A stretch of 64,000 bases of DNA from Paramecium tetraurelia (GCA_000165425.1 CT868008.1:434001-498000); one strand, 5' to 3'. Shown: positions 41,425-55,907, counted from the first letter of the stretch. Numbers and translations: made by a program. The notes: generated by a model from the sequence alone, not told the origin.

Positions 41425-42101
41425 ATGAAACACAATTAACAACTTCCTAATGCTCACATGAGGAAACATTGGACCCGATTTGTGAAGACATTTTATAATC
41501 AACCAGCAGCTAAGAGAAGAAGACAATTGAGAAGAAGAACATAAGCTTTATGTAAGTGTCAATCCCCTAATAATAGCTGCATCTCCCAGACCAGTTGAGC
41601 TTCTTCGTCCAGTTGTGAGAGGTCAAACAATTAAGTATAACAACGTCTAAAAACTTGGAAGAGGATTCTCATTGATTGAATTAAAGGAAGCAGGACTCAA
41701 TGCAGCATTTGCCCGAACAATTGGAATTTCTGTTGATCACAGAAGAAGAAATTTGAACTAAGAAGAATTGACTAGTAATGTTAAGAGAATAAAGGCATAC
41801 CTCTCAAAATTGGTCCTTTATCCAAGAGTTGCAGGCAAACCAAAGAATGGAGTTGTTAAGGATTCTGCAAATGAAGTTGTTGCTCACCCAGTAGCTTAAA
41901 ATACCAATCCAGAGGTAAGAATACAGCTATATATCAAAGGTCATCACATTCTAAAGAACACCAAAGAGAGAAAAGGCCACTGTTATTTCAAAAGAATTAA
42001 GAGCAAAGAGTGTTTACAGAAAATTAAGATAGGAATGGTACAACGCTAAATTTGTTGGTGTAAAGGAGAAGAGAAAGCAAGCCAAGGAAACAAAAAAATG
42101 A
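41425..42101 (+). CDS. RPL13: 60S ribosomal protein eL13
   Basis: [58 protein letters not shown]; two introns. Confidence 0.97.
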
Positions 42102-42162
42102 CGCATATAGTATAATACAATATATACAATTAATTTATTAACTTATAAAAAAGCTAAGGACT

Positions 42163-44213
42163 ATGTCAAATAAAAAGTAATTCACTGGTGGGAAAACATC
42201 GAGATCAAATAGCAAACAATCTGCTAGCAATCCAATGACAGTGAGGAAGCGATTTTCGTCTTTGTGTTCACCGTATTTTATGTGATTTTATATGTTGAAT
42301 AGGCCCAACAACTAGAAATCCACTCCTTGTGTGTTTTGTTAAAAGTTCAAAAACTGCAAAGAAGAATCATATGCTCCACTTTTAAATAAAGCGTTATTTG
42401 CTAAATACTCATCTTCATAAAACTATTATTATTCAAAGGACATCAACGACATTATAGAAGAGGAGTCAACTCCTGCAGTTGTATTCTACAGAGATTTAGA
42501 AAGTATGATAGAAGAGGAGGAGTATTTGAAAAGGTAAGAATGCTACCATAAAGTTTAGATCATATGTAAAAAAAGAGGCAATACAAAAAGTAAAGGCATT
42601 GTAGGAGTACTATAAGTATCACAAGGATATCCCTCGCTTATTCATGCAAAATGTCTATTTAACCATAAATAAGTTCCATGAAAAAAAGCGGAGATTAGAA
42701 TATGCGAATATTAAGAGGAAGTTGAACATTCCAGATGAGGATGTAGTAATACAATCACTAAATCTAGTAACCATCCAAAAAGAAAGAGAAAAAGAAATAA
42801 AAGCATAGTGATGAGGATCTAACAATAGGATAGTTGAAATATCTATTGAAAGATTTAAAATTGGACACTAATTCTTATCTCCAGAAAAAAGTGGACATTT
42901 CTAGTAGTGTCTAATTGAGAGAATTCATTTAGTAAGTCGGCTAAAAGTACGATTGTCTTGGATAAATCTCAGGATTATTGTCCATTGATTAAAGCAATAG
43001 TTTTCTCCTTAGATCATAGGATCTCTCGACAATCACTAAAAATTTAAAGTCTAACTATATGACTAATCTTAAACCAAAAGTTAACAAAAGTTCTTAATTG
43101 CAGAATTTCGATTCAAAAACCACCCATCAAGTCAGTTGTTAAGGCAGTTTTGATAAAATCAATATCAACCGTTTGCAGTTCAACCAGGGAGAGGTCTCTT
43201 CCTTAAAGGCTGAGAATTCTCTAAAAGCTGGCGAATAGACTAAAAGATCGAATTAAGAACAATCTCCCTAAAGAAGTTCATAATAATCGCAATTAATGTA
43301 AAAAGTGTATTCGCAAATTGAGGGATTTGCCAACTTTGTTTAATAATAGCAAAATATGCAAAAGCAATAAAAAGCTAATAATGCTTAGAAATCGAACTCT
43401 CAAAGAAAAGTGAGTAGCAATTTTAATACAACTGAATGTTAATTCAGATTACCAAGTAGATAAAATTCAACATAAAAGTAAACAGCTGATTTGTTATCTT
43501 ATTAAGTGAATTTCTTGTAATTATTATTGATAATCCATTAATAGAAGAACCAGAGTTGCCTCATAACTTTAAAAATACGAAGATGATAATAAAAGTATCA
43601 CAACCATTTTATTTAGGTAAACAACCTTTGGCCACTGATAGAGTCTAGAGACAGAGTGTATATACCATAGGGGAATAGACTTTGTAGAAGACAGCATCTA
43701 AAAATATGTATCATTTAATATACACATTTATGAAGATAAAAATTACCATAAAAGTTCACTTAGTACGCTTTGTCGACTTTAAGGGGATTGCAGGTCAAAA
43801 ATTCTGATCAAAAAAAGAAATCCACCTTGATTTCTAATAATAATTTGTAAGCTCCCATTCTTAATGCACAATTAATGCATTACAGGACTAAATCTCAAGA
43901 TAATGTAGGGAATTATAAAGGGTCTCCTCCGAAATAGCCTCAAAAACACGATAATTCAAAGGATCCATTAAGAATAACCAACAATATTTGCGTGTAAGGT
44001 TCTTCAAAGAAGGGAGGTGGTGTATACAATATTAACTAAAACAATATAGTTAATATTTATATTGAGGATCTGAAATCATCTACAAAGTTAAAATAGGGAG
44101 GCTCTTAAACTGCTCGAATCAGTAGTCCCTTGAAAAGTAATCCCAAAGGAATCTTCGAAGTTTACAACACACAAAGATCAAATTTAAGTCCTGTAAGTAA
44201 AAAAATGGCTTGA
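42163..44213 (+). CDS. Hypothetical protein with EYYKYHKDIPR-type N-terminal domain and long Q/S-rich tail
   Basis: SQNYYYSKDINDII...EEYLKR...EYYKYHKDIPRLFM...KFHEKKRRLEY; several introns; TGA 44211-44213. Confidence 0.75.
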
Positions 44214-44255
44214 TATAATTATATATGTTATTGCTATCATTTTTTGGATATTATA

Positions 44256-46546
44256 TCATAATTATTTAAATGTGCTAAATTTATGAGGATTAAATGCCGT
44301 AGAGCATTTAGCCATAGTAACTGATTATCTAGAAATAGCATCAGTCATATAGAAGTTCTATTGATAAATGGTATGATTTACATCAATAAGATCCCTGAAA
44401 GGAGTGGCTGAAATGGTTTGTTTTGATGATTCAGGCTTTAATGCAACCTATCCCAAAACACTAGACTCAATGTAATCGTATTTCAATAAATGGGGAGCCA
44501 ATTCAGCAATTCTATATCTAACCTATATAAATATTGACAAAAAGACTTACTTCCTCTAAACTATCATAAGGCAAGGCACATCCACACTCCTCGGATAAGG
44601 CTCTCAAGATTTCCCAATCTGATTTTGCTCCTGATGGAGGGAGTGCTACCAACTTGGTGGTTTAGACTCTTCCTTCGGTTGAAACCTAGTTTAATACATA
44701 ATAAGCATTACATATGTGCCATTCTTCTCAGTATATGTAGCTCCTGGCAATATGAGGTCAGCATAATAAGCACCTTCATCTCCATGGCTACCAATGTAAA
44801 TGACAAAGGCATCCTTTGGAATGTCTTAAGCATTCAAATTATTATCAACTCCTAATAGAATAACAACTTTTGGTGGTACACTGCTACTTCTAGCTGTGAT
44901 TCCTAATTCAAGAGCATTAATTCTTCCAACATCCTTATGTAATAGATTGAAACCATTCCATCCTTATTATGCATTGATTACTGGTGAATTTTGTGCAATC
45001 TTTTTTAATGCATTGTGAATGGCATTTCCATCAACTCTTTCTAAGACACCTGCTCCTGTTAAAATCATAGGCAATTTAGCAGATTTGAGTCTGGCAGCAA
45101 ATGGATGAGTGCCATTAGCAATTTCATCAAGAATTGAAGCATTATTTCCAAGATGGACATAATTATATGTTAAATCATTTGCTGGTCCAATTAAAAATAC
45201 CTTTAAGTTATTCTTTCTTGTAGCTCTTAAGATTCTAGAATTCAATAATGGAGATTCAATCTTTGGATTGGTACCAACTAATAAAAGTACATCAGCTTCT
45301 TCAATTCCTGTGATTCTAGAATTGAATAAATAATTGGCTCTAAAGTCTGCATCTAATTAGGGGACACCTGTTCCTCTAATTTCAAAATTGTCACTATCAA
45401 ATCTATTCAATAAATCCTTCAAAGCAACAATTGATTCACAATCAGCAAATTCTCCAATGACTCCAACAATTTCTTCTCCTTTAACAGATTACAACTTTTT
45501 AGCTGCTTATTAAATGGCATCTGGCCAATATAAATCTGTAAAATTGCCTTGAGCATCCCTTGCCAATGGTAGTGTTAATCTTTATTTTTTCAATCCATCA
45601 AAGGCTTATCTTGATTTATCATTTAACCATTCCTCATTGACTTCCTCATGAATTCTTGGTAACACTCTCATAATTTCAGCTCCTCTGGTGTCAATTTGAA
45701 TAAGTGGAAGGATAGTATCAAAAACATCAATAGAATCATATGATTTTAATTCCCAAGGTCTGGATGTGAATGCATATGGTCCATTGGTTAAAGCACCAAC
45801 TGGACAGACATCAACAAGATTTCCTTATAATTCACTAGTGATCATTTTGTCAATGTATGTACCAATTTCGGTATTCCTTCCTCTTCCACTAGTTCCTAAT
45901 TCAGTTACACCAGCATATTCATCTGAAAATCTAATACATCTTGTGCAATGAATGCATCTGTTCATACTAGTAGCAACAAGAGGACCAAAATTCTTATCCT
46001 CTACAGCTCTCTTGTATTCGTTATGTCTGCTATCTCCATAACTAGATATTGAATATTAAGAAGATACCCATATTGCTCTGAAATATCTTGTAAATCACAT
46101 TCTCCTCCTTGATCGCAGATGGGACAATCTAATGGGTGATTTGCTAACATGAATTCCATAACACCTCCTCTTGCTATTCTTGTCTTCTCACTTTTTGTGA
46201 GTATTTTCATTCCAGGTGCGACTTATGCTGCACAAGCTGCCACCTTTTACAATATTCATTTAATTATACAGGTTTTGGTGACTTTTCAACTTCGACTAGA
46301 CACATTCTACAATTTCCTGCTACTGCTAATCTTTCATGATAACAGAATCTGGGAATGATTACACCTGCTGAATAACATGCTTAAAATATTGTTGCTGATG
46401 GATCAACCTATAAAGGATCAAACACACATTTCTACTTTGTGAGGTACGTCATCTATAAATATTTCTATGAGATTCTATTGTGTGGAGAAAGCTTGGAATT
46501 GTTTTCCCAATAATTGTGATGCTTTCTTCAATGAGAATCTAATCAT
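44256..46546 (-). CDS. NDUFS1: NADH:ubiquinone oxidoreductase 75-kDa subunit
   Basis: [69 protein letters not shown]. Confidence 0.97.
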
Positions 46547-46659
46547 TTTTATTTATATATATCAGATATATTAAAATCATTACTATTGTTAATTTGTGTT
46601 CATTTGAAATATTTAATCAAGATTGGAAAATTTAAATTATGTAATAATAATAATAATAA

Positions 46660-47267
46660 ATGGCTTAAGAAAAGGAGATCGAGATAAAAGAGGAAAAAGA
46701 ATAAACTCAAGAACACCATCATGACCACGATCATGATCATGCTCATGACCATGACCATTCAGATTCTGATGATGGTAACAATCCAAAAGGAGGAGATGAC
46801 AAAGACAAGAAGGCCAATAGAGGAGAAAAAAAATTCAGAAAGGCAATGCTCAAATTGGGAATGAAACCAGTCGCTGGAATCAATAGAGTCACTATCAAAA
46901 GAGGAAAATAATTCCTTCTCTATATTGATAACCCAGAAGTCTTAAAATCAGCCAATGTTGATAATTCCTACATTGTGATTGGTGAAGCCAAAGTGCATGA
47001 CCCAACTGGTTAAATTGGCAAAAAAGAAGCCGAAAATTTAGCTCAATAAGTGTAATATTTAAATTTCTATCATTTAGTCCAAAATAAGAAGAAATCAAAG
47101 AACCAAAAGCTTCTGAAGCCACAGAGCAAGTCAGTGATGAAGGCATTCCCCCTGAGTCCATCAAAATGGTCATGGAACACTGTAAATGTGATAGAAGTAA
47201 AGCTGTCGAAGCACTCAGAAAATCAGACAATGATACAGTTCAAGCCATTCTCACCTTAACTGGATGA
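46660..47267 (+). CDS. NACA: Nascent polypeptide-associated complex alpha subunit (NAC + UBA) with His/Asp-rich N-terminus
   Basis: NRGEKKFRKAMLKLGMKPVAGINRVTIKR; YIVIGEAK; UBA IKMVMEHCKCDRSKAVEALRKSDNDTVQAILTL. Confidence 0.93.
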
Positions 47268-47322
47268 TCATTCATTATTAATGTATAAGTATAATAAATA
47301 TATATAAAATATTTATCTATTT

Positions 47323-48478
47323 TCACATATTAATTATTCTACAATATTTATACTAAGAATATTTAGTATATAATGAATTAAATATCGTCTATCTTGTTTG
47401 AAATTCTGATTAACAGGATTAAAGCACTTTAACTATTGCATGTAATTTATTCTCGTTACAATTGCTAATAATTTCTAATTCTTCAGGCCATATTGGATTG
47501 TATTTCTTTTATTTCCGAATCAGCCAAAATGAAGCTGCAGCTAATTGACTACTGCTATGAGTCTAAGGTTGTAGTAATAAATAAATTTCAATTAGTAATT
47601 GACAATAGAAGAAATGTTTCAAATTCAAAGGGCATATATTTTAGTATCGTGTTAAAAAATATATTATAGTTGGTGTAGTTAGGTTAAAGTTAAGCTGTTT
47701 CAATATTAAGGATTCAGTGTATACAATTTATTCTTTTGTATATGTTTTATCTGTGATGTAAGCTAAATCCTTTGCCATCAGTTAATGAACTTCCTCTACT
47801 TTACTTGCTATAAATAGAGCTGAAACTCCGATAAGTTATAATATGTTTTTAGAAACTGGAGTTGTCAACATATATCTATCAACCAAGCTTATTGTCAAAT
47901 ACAGTGTTTCTTATTTCAATCTGAACTTTGCTGTCACGTCAATTATCCACTCTATCAAAATACTTCTCATTTTCTGAGTTATTTAAGGTTGGTGATGGAA
48001 GTACTGTTACACACTAAATTAGTATGATAATTCAATAGATTTCAAATATTCTTAGATATCGTATGCATACACACTACAATATTGAGGTTTGCTTGAATAG
48101 ACCATATCGATATTTTCAATAAATTGCTTGTTCTATTCATCTATTAGCAACTATTTCACATCGCAAAATCTCACAGTTTATATTGTTTGATTTCTGCTTG
48201 AGCATCTGGATGATTTCTATCTATGAGTGACTGAATCACCACTACTATGCTAACTACTTGTTCTTTTCTTTATTGATACTTAGTACCAAACATTATTACT
48301 ATTGATCTCTCTTTAAGATTTATGTCTCATTGAAGTATTAGTTGATTCAGCCTTCTTTTTCAATTGCGATAAGTTCAATCTTGTTTAAGGCCTATAATAA
48401 ATATTAGTTAGCTCTTATCCGAACTTTCTGGATGGAAAGTGCTAAATTAACTAAAATATATACGTTAATTAGTTCCAT
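47323..48478 (-). CDS. Mitotic (A/B-type) cyclin
   Basis: PQYCSVYAYDIQEYL; cyclin box QPQITQKMRSILIEWIIDVTAKFRLKQETLYLTISLVDRY; LIGVSALFIASKVEE. Confidence 0.92.
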
Positions 48479-48533
48479 TTTGCTGTTAATAATAAAAATT
48501 ATGTGATGATGCACATATTTATTTAAAATAAAA

Positions 48534-49417
48534 ATGTCTAAACAGGAGGAAAGAAAAGAAAGAGAAAGACAATATTATAGCAATAGCCATCAATTTCATA
48601 AATACACCCCCAATCTATAAATTTTGCCAAGATCTGATTAGAAAAATTTCTTAAGAAAAAAGGGAAAGACTTATGTGAATTAGATTTGAGTGATGCAGAG
48701 ATTATAGAGGCTTTTGATTAAACTAGATAATAGATGGAAGAAATCAAGGTGAATGAAGACTAGAAAGAAAAAGATTTAGTTACTAAATTGCAACAGTTCT
48801 GAGGAGTTCCGTAGTAAAATCAGATGAATGAAAAAATTCATTCGACCTTAAGAATTAAAGAAATTGTGGAATAGGCAAAAATATCGATAGTTAAGTTAAT
48901 ATCCATAAGAAACAAAGAAGTCACTACAATCTATGAATTGATTCTTGGTTTGAATAACCTGCAAATTCTGATTATTTCGAATAACAAAATATAAATAATA
49001 ACATAAAGCATATAGAGTTTAATCAATTTGAAAGTAGTTCATGCATCAGATTGTAACTTACAAGATCAAAATATTGAGAATGATTTTTTCGAATTAGATT
49101 CATTAAAAGAATTTAATATGACCAAGAATCAATTATCAATTATCGACAGATTTACATCTTTATTTAACTTATGTTGTTGGATTTATCCAATAATGAAATC
49201 TTAGAATTCCATAGAATATGGAAAATTGTTTAAGCTTAAATTTGGAGTTTAAGAGACAATCATTGGAATTATCTTCTTGTTCAAATTGAAACAATTTAAA
49301 TCCTTAATAAAAGTTAAATTTAGAATACTCTTGAAGATCCATATGGAGTACTAAAATAACGTAATCCTGAGCCAATATTCTAATAAGGAATATTTTGAAG
49401 AATAAAATTAATAATGA
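48534..49417 (+). pseudogene. Leucine-rich-repeat gene, disrupted
   Basis: LRR units LNNLQILIISNNKI, LINLKVVHASDCNL and LDSLKEFNMTKNQL; frameshift at ~48638, in-frame TGA at ~48800 and a further shift at ~49172. Confidence 0.72.
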
Positions 49418-49438
49418 TTTTACATAAATAATAATAAC

Positions 49439-52400
49439 TCATTCAATGATTTCATCAATATAAGTATTGTTAGCTAATTTGGTTTCTAAAGAGGTGCTTT
49501 TTATGACCATTTTTTAAACCTTCTTATCTACATTAGCTTTTGAATAGTTTTCTAAGACTTTCTTTCCATCATCAAAGAACTTTCTAACCATCTGACAATA
49601 ATCATCTAATTCATTTTTACTCAATTACTGTTTTCTATAATAGTATTCAAACATTGACAATACATTATCCAGTATTATGTTCATAGGTTGATTCTTTCTT
49701 TTCATAGAAGCCCTGACTTAATCAATTCTATAAATTTATTTTGATGATGGTGATAATTCACCAACCTTTTCTTCTAGTTACCCAATTTAAGGTAAAGTAC
49801 CTAAATGTTTTAAAATCTACTTAGTAATTTCTCTTTCTGATAATTTGTTAGGAAACTTTCTTGCAAATCTCTCCAATTATTAAATAAGATCTTGGGTTGT
49901 GCTTCTATTGACAGGTCTGTTCTTCTTGGGTTGCTAGCCACAAGTTCGCTTGGTTAGTTCTTATTATTCCTCCACCAATTAAGAAGAATGAGCTTAAGAC
50001 CATTATTGATCAGGTGTAAAATTAGTTAAAGTGTATAGTAGATGTTTAATGTCTTTATGAACTTCATCAGTTCTGAGAGGAGCGAAGTAATAGAATAAAA
50101 TTCTGTAAATAGATGCAAAATTGCTTTAGACATTATAATTTAAAAGAGCTGGACCAGATATTATACACTCGAAGTTAGTATGAGCCAAAGTCTTAGCTAA
50201 TTCTGGATTGATGTCAGCCCTAGACAATTCATGGGCAAATCTTTAATAGTTTTTAGCCATAAAGATTTGAAGTTCTTGCAGTAACACATTGAAATATATC
50301 GTAGTAGACCCATTCTTCACTCTTTTCTTACTTAAATAATACAATTGGTCCAATATAAAGTGATAAGGCTCCTTCTTCTATTTTTCATATTGTTCTAATA
50401 AATATTTCTTATAATAAGCTCGTTCTAAATAACCGTTATCAATTCTAACTAACACATTCGACTGATGATGTTTAATGATTGAGGATATCTCTTCATCATA
50501 TTTTTTATAGATCTCCTCTATTTTTTTCTCCATCTCTCCTGAAAAGTTGATATCAGTAAATCTTTTGTAATGAATTATTATGGTCTTCAGTATATAATTC
50601 TTGGATGTATTCAAAAAGATAACCTTCTTTAACTCATGCTTCAAGGTGGTCATTATCAAGAATTTGGATTGATTGCAGTTTGTAAACAACAGTAATTTTA
50701 TAAGTTTTGATATCATGTAACTGCAATCATATTAATTTTATGAATTGTCATAGCCTTAAAGGATGCTAACCAATAATGCTATTAGTTCATTATGAAATCC
50801 TAACGTTGAGGCAGTATTAAGCCTTCTAAGATTTTTTAAAAGAGCTACAATTACATCGTAATCATCAAAATTGTTGAATTTCAAATACTTAAGACTGTTG
50901 TCATTTTAGTTAAAGAAGAACCTGTAAGTGATTTTTTCGGCTAATTTTAAATAAGCTTGTAATTCTGCCATATCCTCAAAATCACAATTTTCTTCCAACC
51001 TTTTTATTGAACTCTTATTAACCATTTCTCTAAGCAGTTGCAATAATTAAACAATGATATTACTCTCCAAATGAGCATATGAATTTTCAATAATCAACAC
51101 AATTGTTCTGACAACTCTTTCTCGAATTTCTAATTTTTTAATGTTTCTTAAGACACAAGCTATTTAATTCATGTCCTTCTCTTTCAATACTTAACACATT
51201 ACTACAAGTTCCTTTTGAATTTAATATTCAACCTCTTTAACAGTCAAACCAACTGGATCCCACTTGATCCATTAAGGAGGCTCTTTTTATATCTCTTCTG
51301 AGTATGATTTAATTGTTTATTCCCTTCCAGTATTAATATTCACTCCTGATTTCAGAACAGCCTCTCCTAAAATACCATGAATCATTGGAGTTTTGACTTG
51401 ATTATTATTATCATTTTCTATTTCAATCTTTCCAGTTTGTTCCTCTTAAATATAGGCTTAGGCATTAATTTCCAAATGCCTCTTGGGAATATTGTATTTT
51501 TTTAATTTTTATGTACAATTTATGTCTATCTTAGTCCATAACTTTGGAGGTATCTTTATCTCAGTATTCTCGATTTCAAGCTTCAATTCATTCGTCTCTG
51601 AGACTTAAATACGAACCCAACCTGAAAAATGTAAAGGCATTGACAATTCTTCTGGTATTAATCCACTTGCTTAGATTTAATAATCTCTTCTTTTAAAATC
51701 TTTGATTGTTGAAGATGAATGTGGTTTCTTACTCTAATCATAGGGTTATTCCTTTTATTACTCTTCAAAATCTTTGAAAGCCTTTTAAATTGATTTTTAT
51801 GTCTGCTTAATCTTTTCTTAAAATTGGAGAAACTAATAAATAATGTCAGATTTAATGTCCAGTGCCTTGGCTCCTTGTATATAATTATTAGTATACACAT
51901 GTACCCAATGACCTATAAGTGGAGACTAAGTGATATTCAGATTTAGTTTATGATCTCTTTCATAATCATATGAAACCTTGAAATGCCAAGCTCCCGCAGA
52001 CTTGATAAACATTTTTAAGAAAGATTTTCCTTTGGATACTGAGAATACCTTTTTCATACTCATGAATATTTTATCAGTACTTAAAGGTGCAGGAATACTC
52101 CCTTTCAGATCTTGATAGAATCTATTTAATATCTCCTTTATGAAAACATCTGGCTAGTGTGTCATTCTTGCAAGCATAGTTATAACCATTCTAGTTTTTA
52201 ATTGGTATTCTAATGATTCTAACAAGAATCTTTATTCAAATTAAGTTTGATCCAATTTAACATCCTGACCATTCTTTATTTATTCTAATAACTTTTAATG
52301 CAATTGCGCATAATCCTCAGTCCAAGTAGATTAGAATGTGAAACCAAGCTCAATCCATCTATCTGACAATTTTACTGAGGGAGCCAAGAAAAATTTGAGA

Positions 52401-53615
52401 GACAGAGCATTCAATTAGAGGTGTAAACATCTATAGAATTCATCTTAAGTGTGTTTGCAAGGTAGAGACTCAGGAAGTTGAGATTCATCGAATACTAAAA
52501 TATTGCGAAAGGGGTAAAATGAAAGATATCCATGTTTTTGTACATTAGGCAAGATGAGCACATTCAGAGATCTAAAAAATTCGACTCCAGATCCAATGGA
52601 TAATATATTCCTGGCTTTTTAAAGTAGAGCATCTCTAAACCAAAATCTATCAACTGACTCGAATATTTTCCGAGCAGTTTCAGATTCAAATAAGTAGGAT
52701 TTGTTTTCATTCATATGGAAAATATTTAACCGGAATTCATCATGATTTGCATAATGATGTTAAAACTCTCCTATGAATATCCCCAAATCGTCAGGGTTTA
52801 TGAATTCATTTACATTAAACACATATCCAACTAAATCATTCCCATCAATCTCCACTATTTCTTACAACTGTCCAGAAGCAACAACATAATAAGAGGATGG
52901 AACTGTGATTATGATCTTAGAGTAATGCAATAAGTCCTTTTCCTCATGACAATATGGAGGATATCCTATTTATACATATTATAAGTCTACTTTATTATTT
53001 ATGATGAGGAGTAGGTATCCAGTTCCTCGAATTATGCAACCCTTTTTCTGTGATCAAAAATTTATTGTCCAAATTACTGACAAATCTCAAACCAGATATA
53101 GGTCTGGATATTACATAGCTTATCTGCAATTTAAATACAATCTAGTCTTCTAGCGATTTAACAAAGTCATAATCACAGCTTTCCAATTTCTCTGGAGCAA
53201 ATTAAAATAATAGAGTAATTTATTAACAATCATCCTAAATTTTGTTCAGAAGTGCGTTCATTGTCATATAAGAGCATGGCGATTTAAAAGGCTTCTACGA
53301 TTTCAAGAGATTCGATTATTTTTCGTTCGAATTATATTATTACTTCACCAACTTGAGTACTTAAGGATATTTCACAGAAGGAATGTAAGTAATATTTTTT
53401 ATTTCATATTGACGTCCATATAGAATGAATTCCATTGTTTAATTAAGGTCAACCTATTTATCCTTTGAATCAGAAAATCCAATTGTGAGCTCATAAGAAG
53501 CCAAGCAATCAATCTCACACTTTTACATATTGGCTGTCAATCTAACAGATTATGATTTAAGCTGAATGCAAGGAATTGCAAGCTAAACTTCAGATAGTAC
53601 ATCACCTTGTAGCAT
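49439..53615 (-). CDS. TAF2: TAF2-like (TFIID subunit 2; M1-aminopeptidase fold)
   Basis: About 1350 aa; SRNWIP, IITVPSSYYVVASGQL, LGIFIGEF, GFTFQSTWTED and WIKWDP...QVLKEKDMNQIAC resemble TAF2 blocks; no HEXXH noticed in the parts I translated. Confidence 0.7.
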
Positions 53616-54226
53616 TTCTAATAATAATTTTAATTAAATATTTATAACTAATTAACATTTTTTTCTTTATTTTATTTCGTCATTTTTTATAACAACAATC
53701 CCTTCTAAAAATTTCAATTAATAGACTGCCATTCATTGGACTTTGTTGCTCAAACTGATAGGCCAGCATATGTAGTGTATTTTTGATTTAGAATTTGAGA
53801 TCTAAACTTAATTTATAATCCCTCAGAGGATTTGACAAAACCTTAATATTTATCGCTGTCCCATTTGTGACTAAAATTGAAATTAAGAAATTAATAGTTA
53901 TAGTCCTTAAATCGGATTGTTTTTTAATATATTAAGTTAAGATTAAAAATTTAATCCCTAATCGTTATTTTTCCAGACAATATTTACAATTTCTTGTATT
54001 ATTGCTATTAATCAATAAACTTACAAATGCTTGATTTAGGATTATTTAACTATGTTTATTTATTTTTTTGAACCTTTTAGGGGTTTTTATTAGATTTATT
54101 CCTTTGGATCTATGTACATAATTATTTTATAGTTTTTAACACTATAAGGGAAAATTCATAATCAAATCCTATCTTATATGGATTGATATTAATGACAAAG
54201 TTGAGTAATAATAAATATTAAATTAA

Positions 54227-55907
54227 ATGGCTGGATTACAATAAAAGATCTTCAATAATTAATTTGTTGTAAAAAAAAGGATTTCTTCAGGTTCATTTGG
54301 TGTAGTGTACTAGGGACTCGATTTACATTCATAAGAGCTTGTGGCAATTAAGGTTGAAAAGTTAGAGGTGGATGAATTATTGAGTTTAGATAGAGAGGTT
54401 GAGTAATGGTTATTGATGTAGATTTAAATACTGAGATCAGTTTAAGGAGTGCCCTAAGTTCCTAGACTCAAATGGGCAGGAAAAGACTAAGGAAATAATG
54501 TGATGGTAATTCAGCTTTTGGGTAGAGATCTAACACATTATATGAGATAGAGAAAAAGACTCAGTTTGCCTTGTGTTTTGGGTATCGCAGATTAGTTACT
54601 GACAATACTCGAAAACGTCCACCATAAGTAAATTTTCTATCAAATTCAGGGGAGTGATTCACAGAGATTTGAAGCCAGAAAATGTATTGGTGGGAAAGGA
54701 TAAAGAGAAAAACTAATTATATTTGGTCGACTTTGGGATTGCAAAATAATTTAAAGATAAAGATGATAAACATATGTATAAAAGTAATTTAACCTTAGTC
54801 CATTCAAAGATAACAAACCATTCTTTGGGACTTCCAGATATGCGAGTATAGCAGCACATAAGGGATATGAATTATCAAGAAAGGATGATCTGGAATCATT
54901 AGGTTATATGTTAATGTAATATTGATACAATAAAGAGATTTTTATTGAAGGGAAGTTTGCCGTGGTAAAATGTTAGTCATAAAAATGAAGAAGAAAAGGT
55001 TAAAATTGTTGGTTTAATGAAAATGAGAATATCTTCTCAAGAATTATGCTAAGATTTGCCAATTGAATTTATGAGATTTATAGACTTAGTGAAAAAGATG
55101 AGTTATAGAGAGAAACCAGGCTATAAGTAATGCAATTAAATAATACAATATTAGATATTTCCAATAACTATTTCGAAGAGTGGCCATTTAATAATAGGTT
55201 GAGTATAGATTTGATTGGTTAGATGAAAATAACTAAGAGAAAAAATCTAGTTCAGTGTCTCCGAAAAAGCAGAAATCTATTAAAATTATGGATCAACCAC
55301 ACTTGATATCGTAAGTCTATTCCCCAATGAAGAAAAAGCAGAGCGAAGAATTTGATGATACTGGACTTTCGAAGAGAGAGTCTAATGGGAGATTATCAAT
55401 AGCTAACAACTCTTATAATCTTGTCCCTTGTGACAGCAGACAAAATTTAAGACACAAAAGCACAAGTTCATTTAATGAGTCAAATCAACAATACAGTGAC
55501 ATTCAACCAGAGGTCAGTTGTATGATAGCTTATCAAAGAAATGTGAGATTTGGATCATTTCATAACGAACTCAATACTCCAAAGCAACCAGAAAGAAGTA
55601 CATCTGCACAAAATAAGATTAGAGTTGCACATAAATTAAGTTTGGATGTCAAAGCTAATTGTTATAACTCTATCGTAGAATTGCAATTTGGCCTGATGAA
55701 CAATCCATCCATTATGGATTTCACTGAGAAGAGCTAAAATCAAATGAATGAAGATGAGAGTCCTTGTCTTGAGGATAAATGTAGCATCTTAAAAAAAGAT
55801 TCTATTGAAAAGTATAGATCCCCTCATAAATTTATAGTTATTTTAAAAACCCAATACAACTTTTTAGAATAAGCTACAAAGAGAAAACAAGAGTTAAAAA
55901 TAATTGA
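54227..55907 (+). CDS. Casein kinase 1 family kinase with long C-tail
   Basis: [53 protein letters not shown] and GSLPWQ; multiple introns. Confidence 0.93.
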
